Assembly (NCBI GenBank): GCA_951406725.2 | Contig: OX597814.1 | Coordinates: 168,206,001-168,270,000, forward strand | Length of the DNA stretch: 64,000 bases | Reading direction: 5' to 3' | Source of the DNA: Octopus vulgaris | Taxonomy: Eukaryota | Shown: positions 1 through 14,389 of the stretch, one piece after another | Position numbering within the stretch: position 1 is the stretch's first letter | Layout of the letters: the number at the start of each line of letters is the position of its first letter | The notes under the pieces: model-generated | Seen by the model: the letters and a program-made list of their open reading frames with translations, nothing else | Databases searched by the model: none | Told to the model about the DNA's origin: nothing | Position numbers and translations under genes: made by a program

Positions 1-457
1 GGTTCACTGCATGACATTAATTGCTAGACTAGCAGGGATTTCTCCCCCCCCCCCCCATCACCTCTGTGTATTTATTCTCACTGTGAAATTGGGGCCTGTG
101 ATTAGCCTGCTCTGTAGCATTATGTGATATGAGAGAAATGTAACTCTGATGCAGTAACAAAATGCTTGCTGTTGATTTGAACTCATGATCCCTGTGGTGC
201 ATTAAGGAATTAGATTACCGTTTAGAATTAGCCCACAGGGATTGCCCCATCTACACTTATGTGTAAGGTTCAGTTAGTTTTGTAATATATATATATATTC
301 ATACACTCAGTTTGACTGGGATTTGTTATGTTTTAATATAGTAATTACATCAGTTTAAATTAATTGTAAACTCTGTCAGATTCAGATATAACCATAGGAG
401 AAATATGGAGAAGTGGGGCTGTTTGTCTGTTTAGTTTCTTACCTGTAAAAATTTGCT

Positions 458-492
<35 letters not shown>

Positions 493-1759
493 AATATTAA
501 TTTCTCTCCCTATTTTCCCTGACAGCACTGAGTGCCAATATTTACATTAGTCAAAATATCAAATGTTAAATCCTGTGAACCCCTGCTTGTAATTTGATCT
601 GTGGTTTCCTTTTGGGGAGGAGAAGGCTATTTATTGTTGTTGTTGTTGCGTCTATCATCATCATTATTCTATAAAGCCAACATTTTTTTTCTCATTTTGG
701 TAATGTATCCTGTGTACAGTAATGTACAAGCAATGTGTGTAGGATTTAATTGACAGGGAAGGACAGTTAAATCCATGTATAAACTTAATCTCTTGCCCTC
801 TCTCTCTCTCACACACACACTTGTACATACACATGTTTATATAACTACTTTCATAATCAGTCATTTGTTTAATTCTGTGTCTTACTTTAAAATTTTACTG
901 TTATTTCTTTCTACTGTCAATTATTTAAGAAATTTTAGTTTCCTAGTATGCAATACATGTAAAAGCTTACTTTGTGTATTGCTTCAGTATCACTAAAGAG
1001 GAGAATTTATGACTAATTAAAGAAATTCCACTGAGGCCATCATCTGACCTGATAATGTCTGAAGTGCAAATTCATGGAATAGTACCATGAGCATTGGTCA
1101 GTGGGCAGGGGTGGGGAGCAGTGAGTGAGGGTTGCTTTGACATAGTCAAACTTGTTAGAAATTGCAGCCAAATCAACCTCAAATCATAAATTATCATCTT
1201 AAAAAAAAAGACACAATGAACAGTGTGTGTGTGTTGTCGTGGTCCTAGATATACAAAAAAGTTGATAGTGATGTCTGGGTAGAACTATAAAACTATATTC
1301 AATCAAGGTTGAAACAGCACTAAACTACTATTGCTGCTGTTGCTATCACCACCACCATCACTACTGCTGTATTTCAAGATAAGTGTACTGGGTACATACA
1401 AGCAGCTGTGTGGGGCTGGTTGGCAATCAGTATTTCTACATTAGTTTTGATGTATAGACACAAGCAGGTCCTGTAAAGTGAATGATAATCAGATGTGTCA
1501 TAATTTAGTGATAAACATTTAATCGTTCTTCTTCAACACTATTTTATCTTTTAGAAAAGTCTAGAGAAGTGTTATACTCTTCTATCATTCTGAGTTCAAA
1601 TTCTGCTGAGGTTGACTTTTTACCTCTTGTCCTTTCAGGGTTGATAAAATAGGTACCAGTTGAGCACTGGCATCAATATAATCAACTAGCTTTCTCTGCT
1701 CCCAAAATTTCAGGCCTGGTACCTATTGTAGAAAGACTTATTATTATGGGAACTTTTTG

Positions 1760-2741
1760 AAACCATAGACAGGTATTGAAAATCTTTGCAGACGATTTCA
1801 AACTCCAGAAGGCCATAAGTGGTATGGGAGACCGAACATGCCTTCAATCGGATCTGTTTGCTGTTGTCCAATGGGTGGGAAAGAACAGTATGCTTCTAAA
1901 TGAAAATAAGTTTAATTTGATCCATTTTGGAAAAGAGGATACACTGAAACTACCATATGCCCTTCCCTCGGGCGACTCTCTAGTATCATCAAACAACACC
2001 AGAGACCTTGGAGTAATTGTTAGTAACAATCTAAGCTGGAGTTCCCACGTAAACAGCAAGGTTAACTTGGCTCACAAGATGCACTCCTAGATTCTGAGAA
2101 CTTTCTGGTCTAGAGATGCCCTCACCACCAGCCTTCTCTACTCTACTTTTGCTTGACTCCACCTTAAATACTGTTGCCCAACACGAAGCAACTCATTATG
2201 AAAGTGGAAGCACTCCAGAGGTCAATAACAAGATAGATAGATGGCATGATAGGCATTGACTATTGGGGTCAACTGAAAAAACTCAATCTCTACTCTCTCC
2301 AACTCCACTGGGAGTGCTATATCATTTGTATGTTATGGAAAATATTCCATCAATATTTTCACAAATGATGTTGGCATCACTTTTAAAATCCACCCAAGAT
2401 TTGTCTCTTGTGCTATCCGCCCACTACAAAAATTGAACTCGGAACACATAACATTACAACACAACTACTTTACCATAACTGGTCTGGCTCTCTTTAATAT
2501 CATACCAAAATACATCAAAACGGAAATGAATCCCATAATATTCAAAAGCTCAATGGAAAATTTTTTCAAAAAAATTCTGGACCAACCTCCTACACCCAGA
2601 TATGACTCCAACAATAATTACTCTTTGCTAGAGTGGGCCATGGTGCCCCATATATGACTAAAAGACTTCACCAGGTGATACAGTTAAGTTAGACATGGCC
2701 TGGGCCTATACTGACCGAAACCTATCAAAGTCATCAAAGTT
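1760..2741 (+). mobile_element. CR1/L2-type LINE 3' fragment (RT domain, decayed)
   Basis: KIFADD, LQSDL, LN..K, RDLGVIV..NLSW..H motifs; stops and frameshifts; ends in an ATCAAAGT repeat. Confidence 0.88.
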
Positions 2742-5700
2742 AATATAGAATTTTGAAAGTAAGTATTAAACAGTTTAGATTGAAGTGTATAAATCATCAA
2801 CTTAGATAGGATTCTAGTTCATTCCCTTTTATACTGTGGGCAGAATTTATTACATCACTGAACGACAATGGACCCTATACATTATTCATCTGTATTTCAA
2901 GCCAATACTTGTTTTGCTGGTTTGTACAGTGAGATATTGAGTTGAGAGCCTTTGCCAGGGGCATAGTATAATAATGGTGCTTGACTATAAACTGATGACA
3001 CATCAATCAAAAGTTCAGCACTGATGTCTTAATTTTTGCATATTTAACTGGAAACTATCTTGATTTAACCCTGGCTAATTTTTTTTAAAAATCTAATATC
3101 TTGAAGCAAAGAAAATATAGAAAAACATCCATGAAAGTTGATGGGTAAAGAGAATATACTTTAAGATTTAGTTTATTTCATAAAAGATTTAAGATTCAAG
3201 ATGTCCTCATGTTATAGATCCTCCTCGTCTTTTTTTTTTATTCATCAGAATTATTGATGAAACTGTCACTTTCAAAAACCTGTTCTAATAAATAGGGGTA
3301 AATGTATAAACTGTTTTATTTATCAAAAGTAAAAGTAATTCTGTCTCATTCACGACTAGCTACCAGCATGGCTGACTGAGTTGATGACAACAAAAGCTCA
3401 TGAAGGGGAGAGGGGGATAGTGGCTGCACATTTGTGGCTACTTGAGTTGCTAGAAATAGTAACCAAGGATCATGCTCTACTGTCTTTAAAAAGAAGAGAA
3501 AAATACATTGGATAATGTGTAAGTGCAGGTATGGCTCTGAGGTTAAGAAGTCTGTTTTGCAACCACAATGGTTTCAGGCTAAATACTACTATGCAGCACC
3601 TTCGACAAGTGTCTTCTTCTATAGCCCTAGGCTGATCAATGCTAATGATCACCGCCTATTAATAATAATTATAATGATAATAATAATAATAATGATTTCT
3701 AATTTTGGTATGAGCCTAATAATTTTGAGGAGACCCTAGTATTTGACTAGTACCCTGAAAAGATGAAAGGAACAGTTGAACTTGGTAGGATTTGAACTCA
3801 GAGCATAAAATACAATAATAATTATGATTTCTTTTATAAAAAAAACACTAAGTATTTCTGAAGTAGATGTTTAGTCCATATCACTCCATAAGGAGCATAG
3901 GGCTGGTTTCTCAGTTTCTTTGGCCTATATATTCCTTCTTGGACAGGACACTGGTCTATCGCAGGCTTACTCATTTTTAGCAGCTGAGTGGACTGGACCA
4001 TCATGAAATGAAGTCTTTTGCTCAAGAACACAACACATTGCTTGGTCGAGGAATTGAAACCACATGCTTATGATCATATGTCCAACACCCTAACCACTAA
4101 GTCATGTGTCTCCATGAGTTGATACAAGGGACAAATTTGAAGCAAGAGAATATTTCATTGAGTCTACTTCACTAATTGACTGCTACTTATTTTATCAACC
4201 TCAGAAGGTCGTATCTGGTAGGATCCAAATTCAGAAAGTAAAGCGACAAAAATAATTGAAATGAAATAGCTACAATCAAGTAATTGAGGCTGGGTTGTGA
4301 ACTTAGCTCACCAAAATCTTTCCTCCTTCCATACCTTTCTTAACCTTACCTTATCGTCAGTTCACGTACCCCGCTGATTGTTGCTGCATTACTTAATACT
4401 TGTAGCTAATTTAAGAACAAACTGAGTCTAGTTGTTAGTTGTCAATTAAAGAAAAGAAAAAAGAAATAACAAACCAGAGCTAATGATTACCTGCTTGCAT
4501 TTAAAATATTCATCGGAGACCCATCCACTCCTACCATTTATTGTTGCTAGTGGCTTCGATTCAAGTACTTTAGATATCCAACTTGATGTCCAGCTGGTCA
4601 GTAACACTCATGTTTCTTGATGGCCTGCAACCATGTACACAGTGTTATTGTCCGTCTGTCATGTAGACTCCACAGATGGTTCAGAATGAGGAAAGCAAAG
4701 AAGAAATTTGCTCAGTTATGGTGATCATTTCTCAAGCAGTTTTATTTTTTTGCCCTTGTTTTTGATTTTTGCAAATTGCATCATTCTTTAATTGTATATT
4801 TTCTTTCATTCTTAAAATATTTTTTTTTAGATATACTTCATAGTTTTTTTAAAACTCACATTAAACTCTCTCTTTTCCTCTTTCTGTCTTGTTTGTACCT
4901 CCTTTCTTTTTTCTATTGCTTCCCTCCTTTTCTTTTTCTGTTTCATCCTCTCTCTTAATTTCTACTCTTTCCTTTCATTCTCTCTCTCTTTCTCTTATGC
5001 TCTTGTTTTTGCTATCTTTATCCCATTTTCTCATTGCTTCTTACTCTAGTGTTTTGTTCCTCTACTTTTCTTTCCTTTCTCTTTCACTTACATGTTCCCC
5101 TTCTTTCACTTATGTTCTGCCTCCTTCTTTCACTTTTATATTCACCTTCCCTCTTTTAGCTCTCCTATCTCTCCAACATTATCGCTTTTCCTCTCTTCCT
5201 TTATAATTTGTTCTCTTTCTCTCTCTCTCTCTCTTGTTTTCATACACCCCTCCCCCTCTCGCTTGTTTTCATACACCCCTCCCCCCTCTCTCTTTCAGTT
5301 ATTTAACAGTTGTCCTTAAGCATTACTTAGTGTACTCCTGATATTCCATCATAATCAAACCCACTGTAACTGTCCCTCATACTAACACCTCTACTATCCA
5401 CTCATACCACTATCACTAAAGTTCCAGTAACACCACCACCTATAACTAATCATCATCATCATCATCACCATTATTTGATAGTTTCTTTGACATTTAATCC
5501 TTAATTAATAACTTCCAATTCTCAAATCACAACTTGAGAGTATGGGTGTGTGTAAAATTCTGCTTGTTTTTCTTGTTTTTCTTGTTTTTCTTCTCCCATC
5601 CCTTTTTCTTTTTAGAATTACTATTATCATTATTATTTTAATATTTTAAACATTTTATTTAATTTCTCCAATTTAAATGTTAAAAATTTTTTGTAATCAT

Positions 5701-6680
5701 TTTGTCTGTATTTTTCCTCTTTTTTTTTCTCTCTCTCTTCATTTCTTTTACGTTTCTTACTGTCTCACTCTAACAATCCATATTCCTGTGCATAATATCA
5801 CCCATGCTAAGATGATAATTTTATCAGTTACTTAAACTAGGTTTAGAATGATTGAAATTCTTTGATAAACTTTTTTTTTGTTTTTCTTTTTTGCTTTTTC
5901 TTAACTTTGTTATTTTTTAAAAATTCTTTATCCAATAATATGTCAGTTTATCGAAGTAGCAGAAACAGTATAATGTTAGGTGAAACACCATGTGGTATTT
6001 AACTATATTTAATTGTCCTGAGCTGAGTTCAAATCTTACTGAAGTCGATGTTGATGTTAATTTTTCTAGGATTGACAAAATAACTACCAGTCATATATGA
6101 GACTGGGTCTGGCAGGGAACTCAATTAAATTCACACTGCCCTACTCTTTGAAATGGTGTAGCTTTGTGTCAAAGTTAGGAAATCAATATTCGGGTAGCCG
6201 ATTTCGCCTTATCACCACTATTATTGACATCATCACTGTTATGTCATTAATAGCTTCTTCATCCTCATCATTGTCAACCCAACTATTATTATGACCATTG
6301 TCATTATAATCCTCTCTACTAGCACCAACACTGTCATATCATCATCATTGTCAACACAACTGTAATCACCACTGCTAGTGCCAACACTACCATCATCCTC
6401 AACATCACGATGACAGCGATGACCACCACTACCCAAGCTTGAACACTGCAATATTATCATCACTGTCATCATTGTCAACACCACTATTACGATCATCATC
6501 ATTACCATTATCATCAGCTCTATACATGTACCAATACTGCCATATCATCATCACCATCCCCACTAGCTGCTGTTATAGTTATCAGTCTGGTGTCTTTGTT
6601 GAAATGTCAGTCTGTGAAAATGTTACTGAGAATTTTTTCCATATCTTATCTTCTTTACTGCTTATATATTTATTATTATT

Positions 6681-7310
6681 AAGGCGATGAGCTGGCAGAA
6701 TCGTTAGCATGCCAGGTGGTATTTTGCCCATCTTTACGTTCCGAGTTCAAATTCTGTCATGGTTGGCTTTACCTTTCGTCCTTTTGGGGTTGATAAATTA
6801 AGTACCAGTGAAACACTGGGTTCAATGTAATCAACTAGTCCTCTCCCCTTAAATTTCAGGCCTTCTGCCTTTAGTAGAAAGTATTATTATTATTATCATT
6901 ATTATTATTATTAAGGCAGTGAGCTGGCAGGATCGTTAGTGTGCCAGGTGGTATTTTGCCCATCTTTACGTTCTGAGTTCAAATTCTGTCATGGTTGGCT
7001 TTACCTTTCATCCTTTTGGGGTCGATAAATTAAGTACCAGTGAAACACTGGGGTTGATGTAATCAACTAGTCCTCTCCCCTTAAATTTCAGGCCTTCTGC
7101 CTTTAGTAGAAAGTGTTATTATTATTATTAAGGCGGTGAGGTGGCAGAATCATTAGCATGCCAGACAAAATGCTTAATGGCATTTTGTCCATTCTTATGT
7201 TTTGAGTTCAAATTCTGCTGAGATTGACTTTGCCTTTCATCCTTTTGGGGTCGATAAAATAAGTACCAGTTGCGTATTAAGGTTGATGTAATTGACTACC
7301 CCACCCCCCA
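6681..7310 (+). mobile_element. Head-to-tail trimer of tRNA-derived SINE (family A, short tail)
   Basis: AAGGCG..GAGCTGGCAGAA (A box)...GAGTTCAAATTC (B box)...GCCTTTCATCCTT..GGGGTCGATAAA.TAAGTACCAG core; units separated by (TAT)n. Confidence 0.88.
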
Positions 7311-7624
7311 AATTTGTAATGTCTTTTTTAACCATCAGCCCTCCTCTCTGTTTTTTGTAATTTAAATCATTAAACATAAGCCCCCAAGTAAACATCACTT
7401 CACCCCTTCTTTAGCATTCAGTTTACTCTATCAAATGTAATGCTTATTTATTCACATTGTTTTAAGTTAATCAGTCCTCTTGTAGCTTTGAGATTTTGAC
7501 GTTGTAATTGTTTAATTTTAGAATAATATTGTAGAATAAGTAGCAGAGGTTCAGATCTGGTGATTTTGAACATAAAACAGGTATGATTGTTGTATGGTAG
7601 TTAGTAAAGTTTCGCTTTAGCTAT

Positions 7625-9122
7625 TCATCATCATCGTTTAACGTCCGCTTTCCATGCTAGCATGGGTTGGACTGTTTGACTGAGGGCTGGCGAACCAGAT
7701 GGCTGCACCAGACTTCAATCTTGATCTGGCAGAGTTTCTACAGGTGCATGCCCTTCTTAACGCTAACCACTCCGAGAGTATAGTGGGTGCTTTTACGTGC
7801 CAGTCAGGCGGTACTGGCAACGACCTCGCTCGAATCTTTTACACATGCCACCAGCACAGGTGCCAGTAAGGCGATGCTGGTAACGATCACATTAAGCTTT
7901 TAAAAAGATGAGATGGTAGCAGTGATCATTGCTTTAAAATGGCCATATCCAGCCAAAATAATCTACATGTATTAGCTTCAAACTGGCCAGATCTGGCCCC
8001 TCTCACTTATCCTACAATATTTTTCTAAAAATATACACTGATGTCATATATTTTTCTAAAAATATACACTAATGTCATTGATTAATCCATATCAATGTGA
8101 ATAGATAAGCATTTCACTTGAAAGAGAAATCTGAATGCTAACCGGTTGAATTCAAAACTTCACTCTTATCTCTCATTTGTCATTTGTCCGTCTTTGTCTT
8201 TCCAGGTAATTGATAAAATAAAGCTTGACCTAGATACTGCAGGCTTGCCTGACAGTATGGCAATTTTTCTGTTCCATGGTGGTAGCCCACATCATCTGGG
8301 ATTCCATATGTTGTGACACCTTCTCTGGCAGTAATTTGGTGTGTTCAGTTATTAGCCCAGGCTTCACTCTTTAACAGACTGAGAAGAACAAACTGTCAAA
8401 GTATTGGTTGCTCTCTGACAGACTTATGGTTGAGCCTAAGGCAGTTGAGACCTCTGGTGTCCTTGGCTCCAGAATGTATGTAAGTGTATGTATGCATGTG
8501 TTTGTGTGTATATATGTAGGTATGTACACATATTTGCATATCTGTTTGTGTGTCTATGTATGTTTATATGTCTATGTATGCATATGTGCATATATGTATG
8601 CATTTGTAAATATGTATGCATCTGTGTGTGTACATATGTATATATGTATGGCTATACATGTATGTTTGTGTATGCATGTGGGTTTGCACATTTATACATA
8701 TGTATGTGTGTTTGTGTATGTGTGCAAAGAACAACTTTTGAGCTTTGGGCATTACGGATGCAATGTGGCTGAGTTCCTTTCGAGCATCGGGCCTCACGGA
8801 TGCAATGACCTTTGGCATTTATGTCATGCTTGAGAAGACCCATCAAGCTGAGCAAAATTGCAGTCATGACAGATACTGGTGTCATGCAAATTGGCACCTA
8901 TGCTGGTGGTACATAAATGCATCCTGGTATCACGCAAATGGCACCCATGCCAGTGGAATATAAAAGCACCTGTTACACTCTTGAGGTGGTTGGCATTAGG
9001 AAGGTCATCCAGCCATAGAAAACCATGCCAAATCAGACTGGAGTTTGATGCAGCATGCCAGCCCAGTGAAACCGTCCAATCCATGCCAGCATGGACAATG
9101 GACGTTAAAATGATGATGATAA
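7625..9122. mobile_element. Two RTE 3'-end copies (7625-7890 -, about 8740-9122 +) with TTAA-type MITE pieces and microsatellite between them
   Basis: Same 3' UTR as 57400-57650; the + copy keeps the ORF end ..LEKTHQ. Confidence 0.75.
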
Positions 9123-9216
9123 TACATATGTTGTGCATGCATATATACACATACTGTGAAATTTTCTAAATCTAAATTGCATCTCTTTATCATTCTCTCC
9201 ACTTACATTACCCTCA

Positions 9217-9262
<46 letters not shown>

Positions 9263-9530
9263 CTTTCTCTTGTTAATCATAGCATTCTGTCATTTTTTAA
9301 TTTTTTACTATTTTGTAGATGTGTATATTGTTCTATATTTTAAAAACTTGTTTGTCAAGTTTTTTTAACATTGCATTTATTCCCTGAATTTGACGTTTTT
9401 TTTTTGTGCTGACACTTTATAGACACACACGTGCACACATGCACACACACACGTGCACACACATACACACACACCCCAATCTATATTTTTTCTATTTCTA
9501 TCCTCAACTTTTCTGAATTACTACTTATAC

Positions 9531-9573
<43 letters not shown>

Positions 9574-10294
9574 GACATATCTGTGTATGTATTCTTTATC
9601 AGTTCTCAATCTTTCTATTTAAGTACTCCCACATTTAACTGCATGTCAATTTCTATGGGAGAAAGCTTTTTATATTCTCAAATATTCTCACCACCAAACA
9701 TTTTCATAGATATTAATGTCAGAAAGTCATAAGATTGTAATTTTTTTTTCCTTTTATTCCCTTTGTTTTTTGTGAACTGTGAAGAATATTTTCTTGTATT
9801 ACAGTTTTTACTATCATTTTACTGTCCTCAGGTATTGAACTGTTAACCCTAGCGAAGCATCATCTAGTGTAGTGTTTCCCACCATTTTCACTAACAAGGA
9901 TATACCTTCTCTATATGTGAATAAATTTTCCCACAGATCCAGCGCTATTCCATAAACCGATTTTTTTTTTTTTTTTTTTTTTCTAAACTAACAAGCTTGT
10001 TTGCTGAGTTTCTGATTTTAAATGAAACCTATATGTAACTGAATAATTAAACATCTTACATTGTGTGTGTAGATTTGCGAGCTATATGCAAAATTTTAAA
10101 AGTTTACAAACACACACACATATTTTTTAACCTGTTTCAGTCATTGGACTGCAGTCATATTGGGGCACCACCTTGAAAAGTTTAGTCAAACAAATCTATC
10201 CCAGTACTTATCTTTTAAGCATAGTACTTATTCTATAGGTCTCCTTTTGCTGAACTGTTAAACAAACCAACAGTGGTTATGAAGTGTTGGTGGT

Positions 10295-10339
<45 letters not shown>

Positions 10340-10496
10340 GGGCTTCTTCCAGTTTCCAGATCCAATCACAAGTCTTTGGTTGACCCAGGGCTATAGTAGA
10401 AGATACTTGCCCATGGTGCCATGCATTGGGACTGAACCCAGAAACATGTGGTTGAGAAGCAAACTTCTTACCACCAGTCACATCTCCACTTATACA

Positions 10497-10535
<39 letters not shown>

Positions 10536-11708
10536 GTGTGTGTGTGCATATCCATCTGGTTTTTGTGCGGTTTCTGTTTACTAAATTATTCAAGGTATGT
10601 TGGCTGATCTGAGGTTAAGATATAAAACATTTTTTCTGTACTGACATTTAGTAGGATCAAACCCGAAACCTCATGATTGTAATATGAACTTCTTAACTAA
10701 CGACATCTGGTCATTGATTGGGAATTTCTACAAGGTCTAATTTTCACCAGTGTGTAATCTTAATCTATCACCGTATCTAATACCAACCATCACCTGGTTT
10801 TTAGTTACCTTTAGCAAAGTCCACTCAGTTGCAAACATCTCACCCAGGTTTAAGAATAAATCAGGATTCATGATTTCTTTTTTTTCCTTATATCTATTTT
10901 GCAGGCCCTGACAAAAGGGCAGGGGTGCTGGGTAGAGAAGTTATATCTGAAGTTATGTTGTGCTAGACAAATTGAACAATGTATTTTGTTTTTTGTCTTT
11001 TATCTTTTACTTGTTTCAGTGATTAGAGTGTGGTCATGCTGGAGCGTTGCTTGGAAGGATTTTAGTCAAATGAATCAACCCCAGTACTTATTATTATTTT
11101 CTTTTTTAAGCCTGGTCCTTATTATGTCAGTCTTTTTTGCTGAACTGTTAGGTTATGGGGATGTAAGCACACTAATACTGTTGTCAAGTGGTGCTGGAGT
11201 GACAGACAGACATGTGTATGCACTCTCGTGCACATGCATGCATAATGAGCTTCTTTCAGTTTCCATCTACCAAATCTACTCACAAAGCTTTCGTCAGCCC
11301 AAGGCTGTAAGTCACTTGCCCAAAGTGCTGTACAGTAGGACTGAACCTGGAACTGTGTGGTTAGGAAGGAAACTTCTTACCACAGTGAGCAAAAAAAGAA
11401 ACAATATTTGTTCAGATTGTGGTAAAAGTAGCTACTGTGATGATGTAATCTGTTCTCTTATTACTCCACTCTGGTGTAAAGGTGGTTCCATATGAACAAA
11501 TGCTTAAGCCATTTATAGTCTTGAGAGTGTATTAGGTGGTTAAAATCTGATTTTTCAGAATAACTTTCATCTTACAAAGAATGAGTTCTGTTGAATTTCT
11601 TATTGTTTACATTCATAATATACACCTTAAATTTAATTATATTCAATTAAACTTTTAGAAAAATTATTTTCAATCAACATTTCAGTGTTTATAATTTTTT
11701 TTTTATAG

Positions 11709-11811
11709 GTTGGAGTAATTAGAAAATCCCTAGAAAAAGATTTTCATTTAAAGGTCCATGATCTTAAGGACCCAAATGCTCTACTGGACGGAGGGGATGT
11801 TCTCTTCACTG
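11709..11811 (+). CDS. DDAH: DDAH-family gene, internal coding exon (first one visible in window)
   Basis: tttttatag|...|gtatgt; 103 nt, phase 0 to 1; translates VGVIRKSLEKDFHLKVHDLKDPNALLDGGDVLFT(G), matching the DDAH motif ATLDGGDVLFTG. The upstream exon(s) with the FVED motif were not found in 1-11700. Confidence 0.95.
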
Positions 11812-12811
11812 GTATGTATTTGCTGTTTCTTACATTTTCTTTTTTCTTTATACCTAGTCAAATATATTTTGTAGTGATTTGACTCCGGGTTTGATTTTGT
11901 TATTACACAAATATCACATTAGATTTTTGCAATTCAACAAGGGACACCCCGCAAAAATTATGGTCTTTCTTTCGCTTGAACTCACACACTTTGTTAATTT
12001 TTGTTAATTTTTTTTTATTTATTTACCTTTTGTGCACTGTGTTCAGCTCTATGTATAGCTCATTTAGCAAGTGATAAAGGATTGCATGATAGTACACAGC
12101 ATGTTATGCAAGTTTGTCTGATTACTGTATTATCTAAGCATGAATCATGTTTAAATCCTGTTTATTAAGTGATACACTTACATGTAGGTGTGTGTGTGTA
12201 TATATAATGATACTATTTGAAGTGTATTTCCCATTACCTAAAAGTTTTTTTTGAATGTATTTATGAGATAACAGAACGGAATCACAAATAACATTTTCAG
12301 GCCATCCAGTGTAAACAACTAGTTCAACAATTTAATTGGGTTGATAATTTCTAATCAAGCTGAGTTATTTGGAACAGTAAAACCAATGTTTTATACCATA
12401 AAAATGACGAATAATAGGAAGACACTCCTTTGTCTATATGATGTGGTTGTGACAAAGGACATGTAAGATAGTAGAGGTAGTAGTGAGAGTTAGGGACATA
12501 TTACATATTTGCTGTCCTTTCATACTTGGTTTTAGCAAAGATATTTCTCTTCCCTTTAGTGGTCAAATTTCAGTAAAACTCCCCCACATCTGATTTCAAA
12601 ATACATTAGTTATTGTCACTTTTATCTAGCTGGCTTGTCTTTAAATAACTTTTCAAAGTATCTGAATCTGTCAACTATTTTCTTTGCACTTTATAGAACA
12701 ATCTTATTAGAATACATTGTTTATGAATAAGTTCTTGTCTGATCGATGTTTGTTTCTAGTAGGAGGTTATTTAGGTCTTAAGCATTTGCTTTTTATATAT
12801 AGGGTCTTTCA

Positions 12812-13045
12812 AAGGCGGCAAGCTGGCTGAAGCATTAGCATGTTGGGCGAAATGCTTTGCAGTATTTTGTCTGCCGCTGCATTCTGAGTTCAAATTCCGC
12901 CAAGGTCGACTTTGCCTTTCATCCTTCCGGGGTCGATAAATTAAGTACCAGTTGCGCACTGGGGTCAATGTAATCGACTTAATCCATTTGTCTGTCCTTG
13001 TTTGTCCCCTCTGTGTTTAGCCCCTTGTGGGTAGTAAAGAAATAT
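12812..13045 (+). mobile_element. tRNA-derived SINE family A, full length, with TSD
   Basis: A/B boxes and a core resembling the Meta/MESC domain; TSD TATAGGGTCTTT. Other copies: 15255-15470(-), 21649-21911(+), 29284-29510(-), 33165-33397(-), 37330-37543(-), 42613-42745(-), 56119-56341(+), 57652-57870(-), 62000-62218(+). Confidence 0.9.
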
Positions 13046-13258
13046 ACATATAGGGTCTTTGATGTCTGAATGGACATGGAGTCAAATTTGGACTGAAAAA
13101 TTCATGGTTTATGTTTTCTTATTGATACTTGCACTTCATTCTAGGGAAAGACACTAAACTTTTACCTTGTTAGTTTAATCTACCATGCTATCCCAAGCAA
13201 CATTTTAAGGGTCTGTGCTTACCCCTAATTTCATGGTGTTATGTAAATGAGAAAATAT

Positions 13259-13323
13259 GGTCTATCACTTGTTTATATCCTCTATCACTTGTTTATATCC
13301 TGGTCTATCACTTGTTTATATCC
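13259..13323. repeat. Triple tandem 20-23 bp repeat
   Basis: TCTATCACTTGTTTATATCC x3. Confidence 0.9.
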
Positions 13324-13599
13324 TCATATGGTACAGTTGCTTTTCCCAATGACTGGGTGAACTAAAACAAACAATGGATTCTGGTTAGAAATACCATGAA
13401 ATGTCTCCTGTACATTTGACCTTATCAGGAATAGATAATTCCTAATTCATAATTATCCATTTAACCACTTTGGCTTTACTGTTTACTAATAAGCAGTTGG
13501 AATGCTATATAATTAACAAATATCTCATTAATTTGCTGTGCTTAGCTTAAGTCTTGCCATTTATTGGGGCCACCATAGAATCAGCATTGTTTTAACAAC

Positions 13600-13985
13600 T
13601 TATAACCATCACACTAACAACCACCTTGAGCACCTTTTTGAGCTCCATGAGTCTAACACACGTGGGCATGCCTACAAAGTCAGAAAACAGTACAGCTCCC
13701 GTGACTTTCAGAAACACTTTTTCACACTCAGAGTTGCTGAAGCATGGAACAAACTACCTGCATCAGTTGTTAATTGCCGAGTCATTGCATCCTTTAAAAC
13801 CTCCATGCTTCCTGAAATTCGCCAACACTACACCTGATATCTCCCCTCCATATGCATGCACACATGTATATCATGACTCATACACTGCTCACTTTCCTGA
13901 CTTTTGTACATAATTCTATGGACTATACATGCACCTTTGATGAGTTGTAGTGCACCTGGGCACTATACACTATAATTTCATTATT
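13600..13985 (+). mobile_element. CR1-like LINE 3' end
   Basis: NTRGHAYKVRK...KHFFTLRVAEAWNKLP, then a 3' UTR ending in a GTGC/GCAC hairpin and ATT tail. Confidence 0.9.
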
Positions 13986-14389
13986 TTCTATCATCACCGA
14001 ATTATATTCAGTATGAATGATTTATTATGCCTTTATCTTTGTATTAAATATATCTTTTTATAATTGTTTATTCAGAATTAGTAGGTAATTTCAAAATGTG
14101 CTTTTTATCTCATAAAGATTTAAAGGAAAAAATTAATGTTGGAATGAAAGAAAAAAAAATTAAAAGGCAGACTACAGTGGAATTTTTAAGGAGTTGTGAA
14201 TGAGAAAATTGTTCTCTGATGGGTTAGAAATAATTGTTGAAGAAAGTTCACGCTCCAGTTTCTTTTGTATTTGCAATTCAGTTATGTTGAACATTTTTAT
14301 ATTCTCTATTATTATTATTTGGGAATATCACTTGCTTTACAAACTAGCAACAATTAATTAAGCAGAAACTGATTTCATCAATTGTGGAG

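Noticed and set aside
6200-6570. Ser/Thr/Ile-rich ORFs (also 15966-16172)
   Set aside because: Degenerate CAT/CAC trinucleotide low-complexity sequence.
8408-8900. Cys/Val/Tyr-rich ORFs (also about 31000-31600 and 32236-32556)
   Set aside because: They are translations of TA/TG microsatellites.
9832-9872. Acceptor followed by a short frame IELLTLAKHHLV*
   Set aside because: No similarity to the DDAH N-terminus and no supporting context.
10899-11495. 198-aa ORF
   Set aside because: Runs through a reversed SINE B copy; no protein motif.
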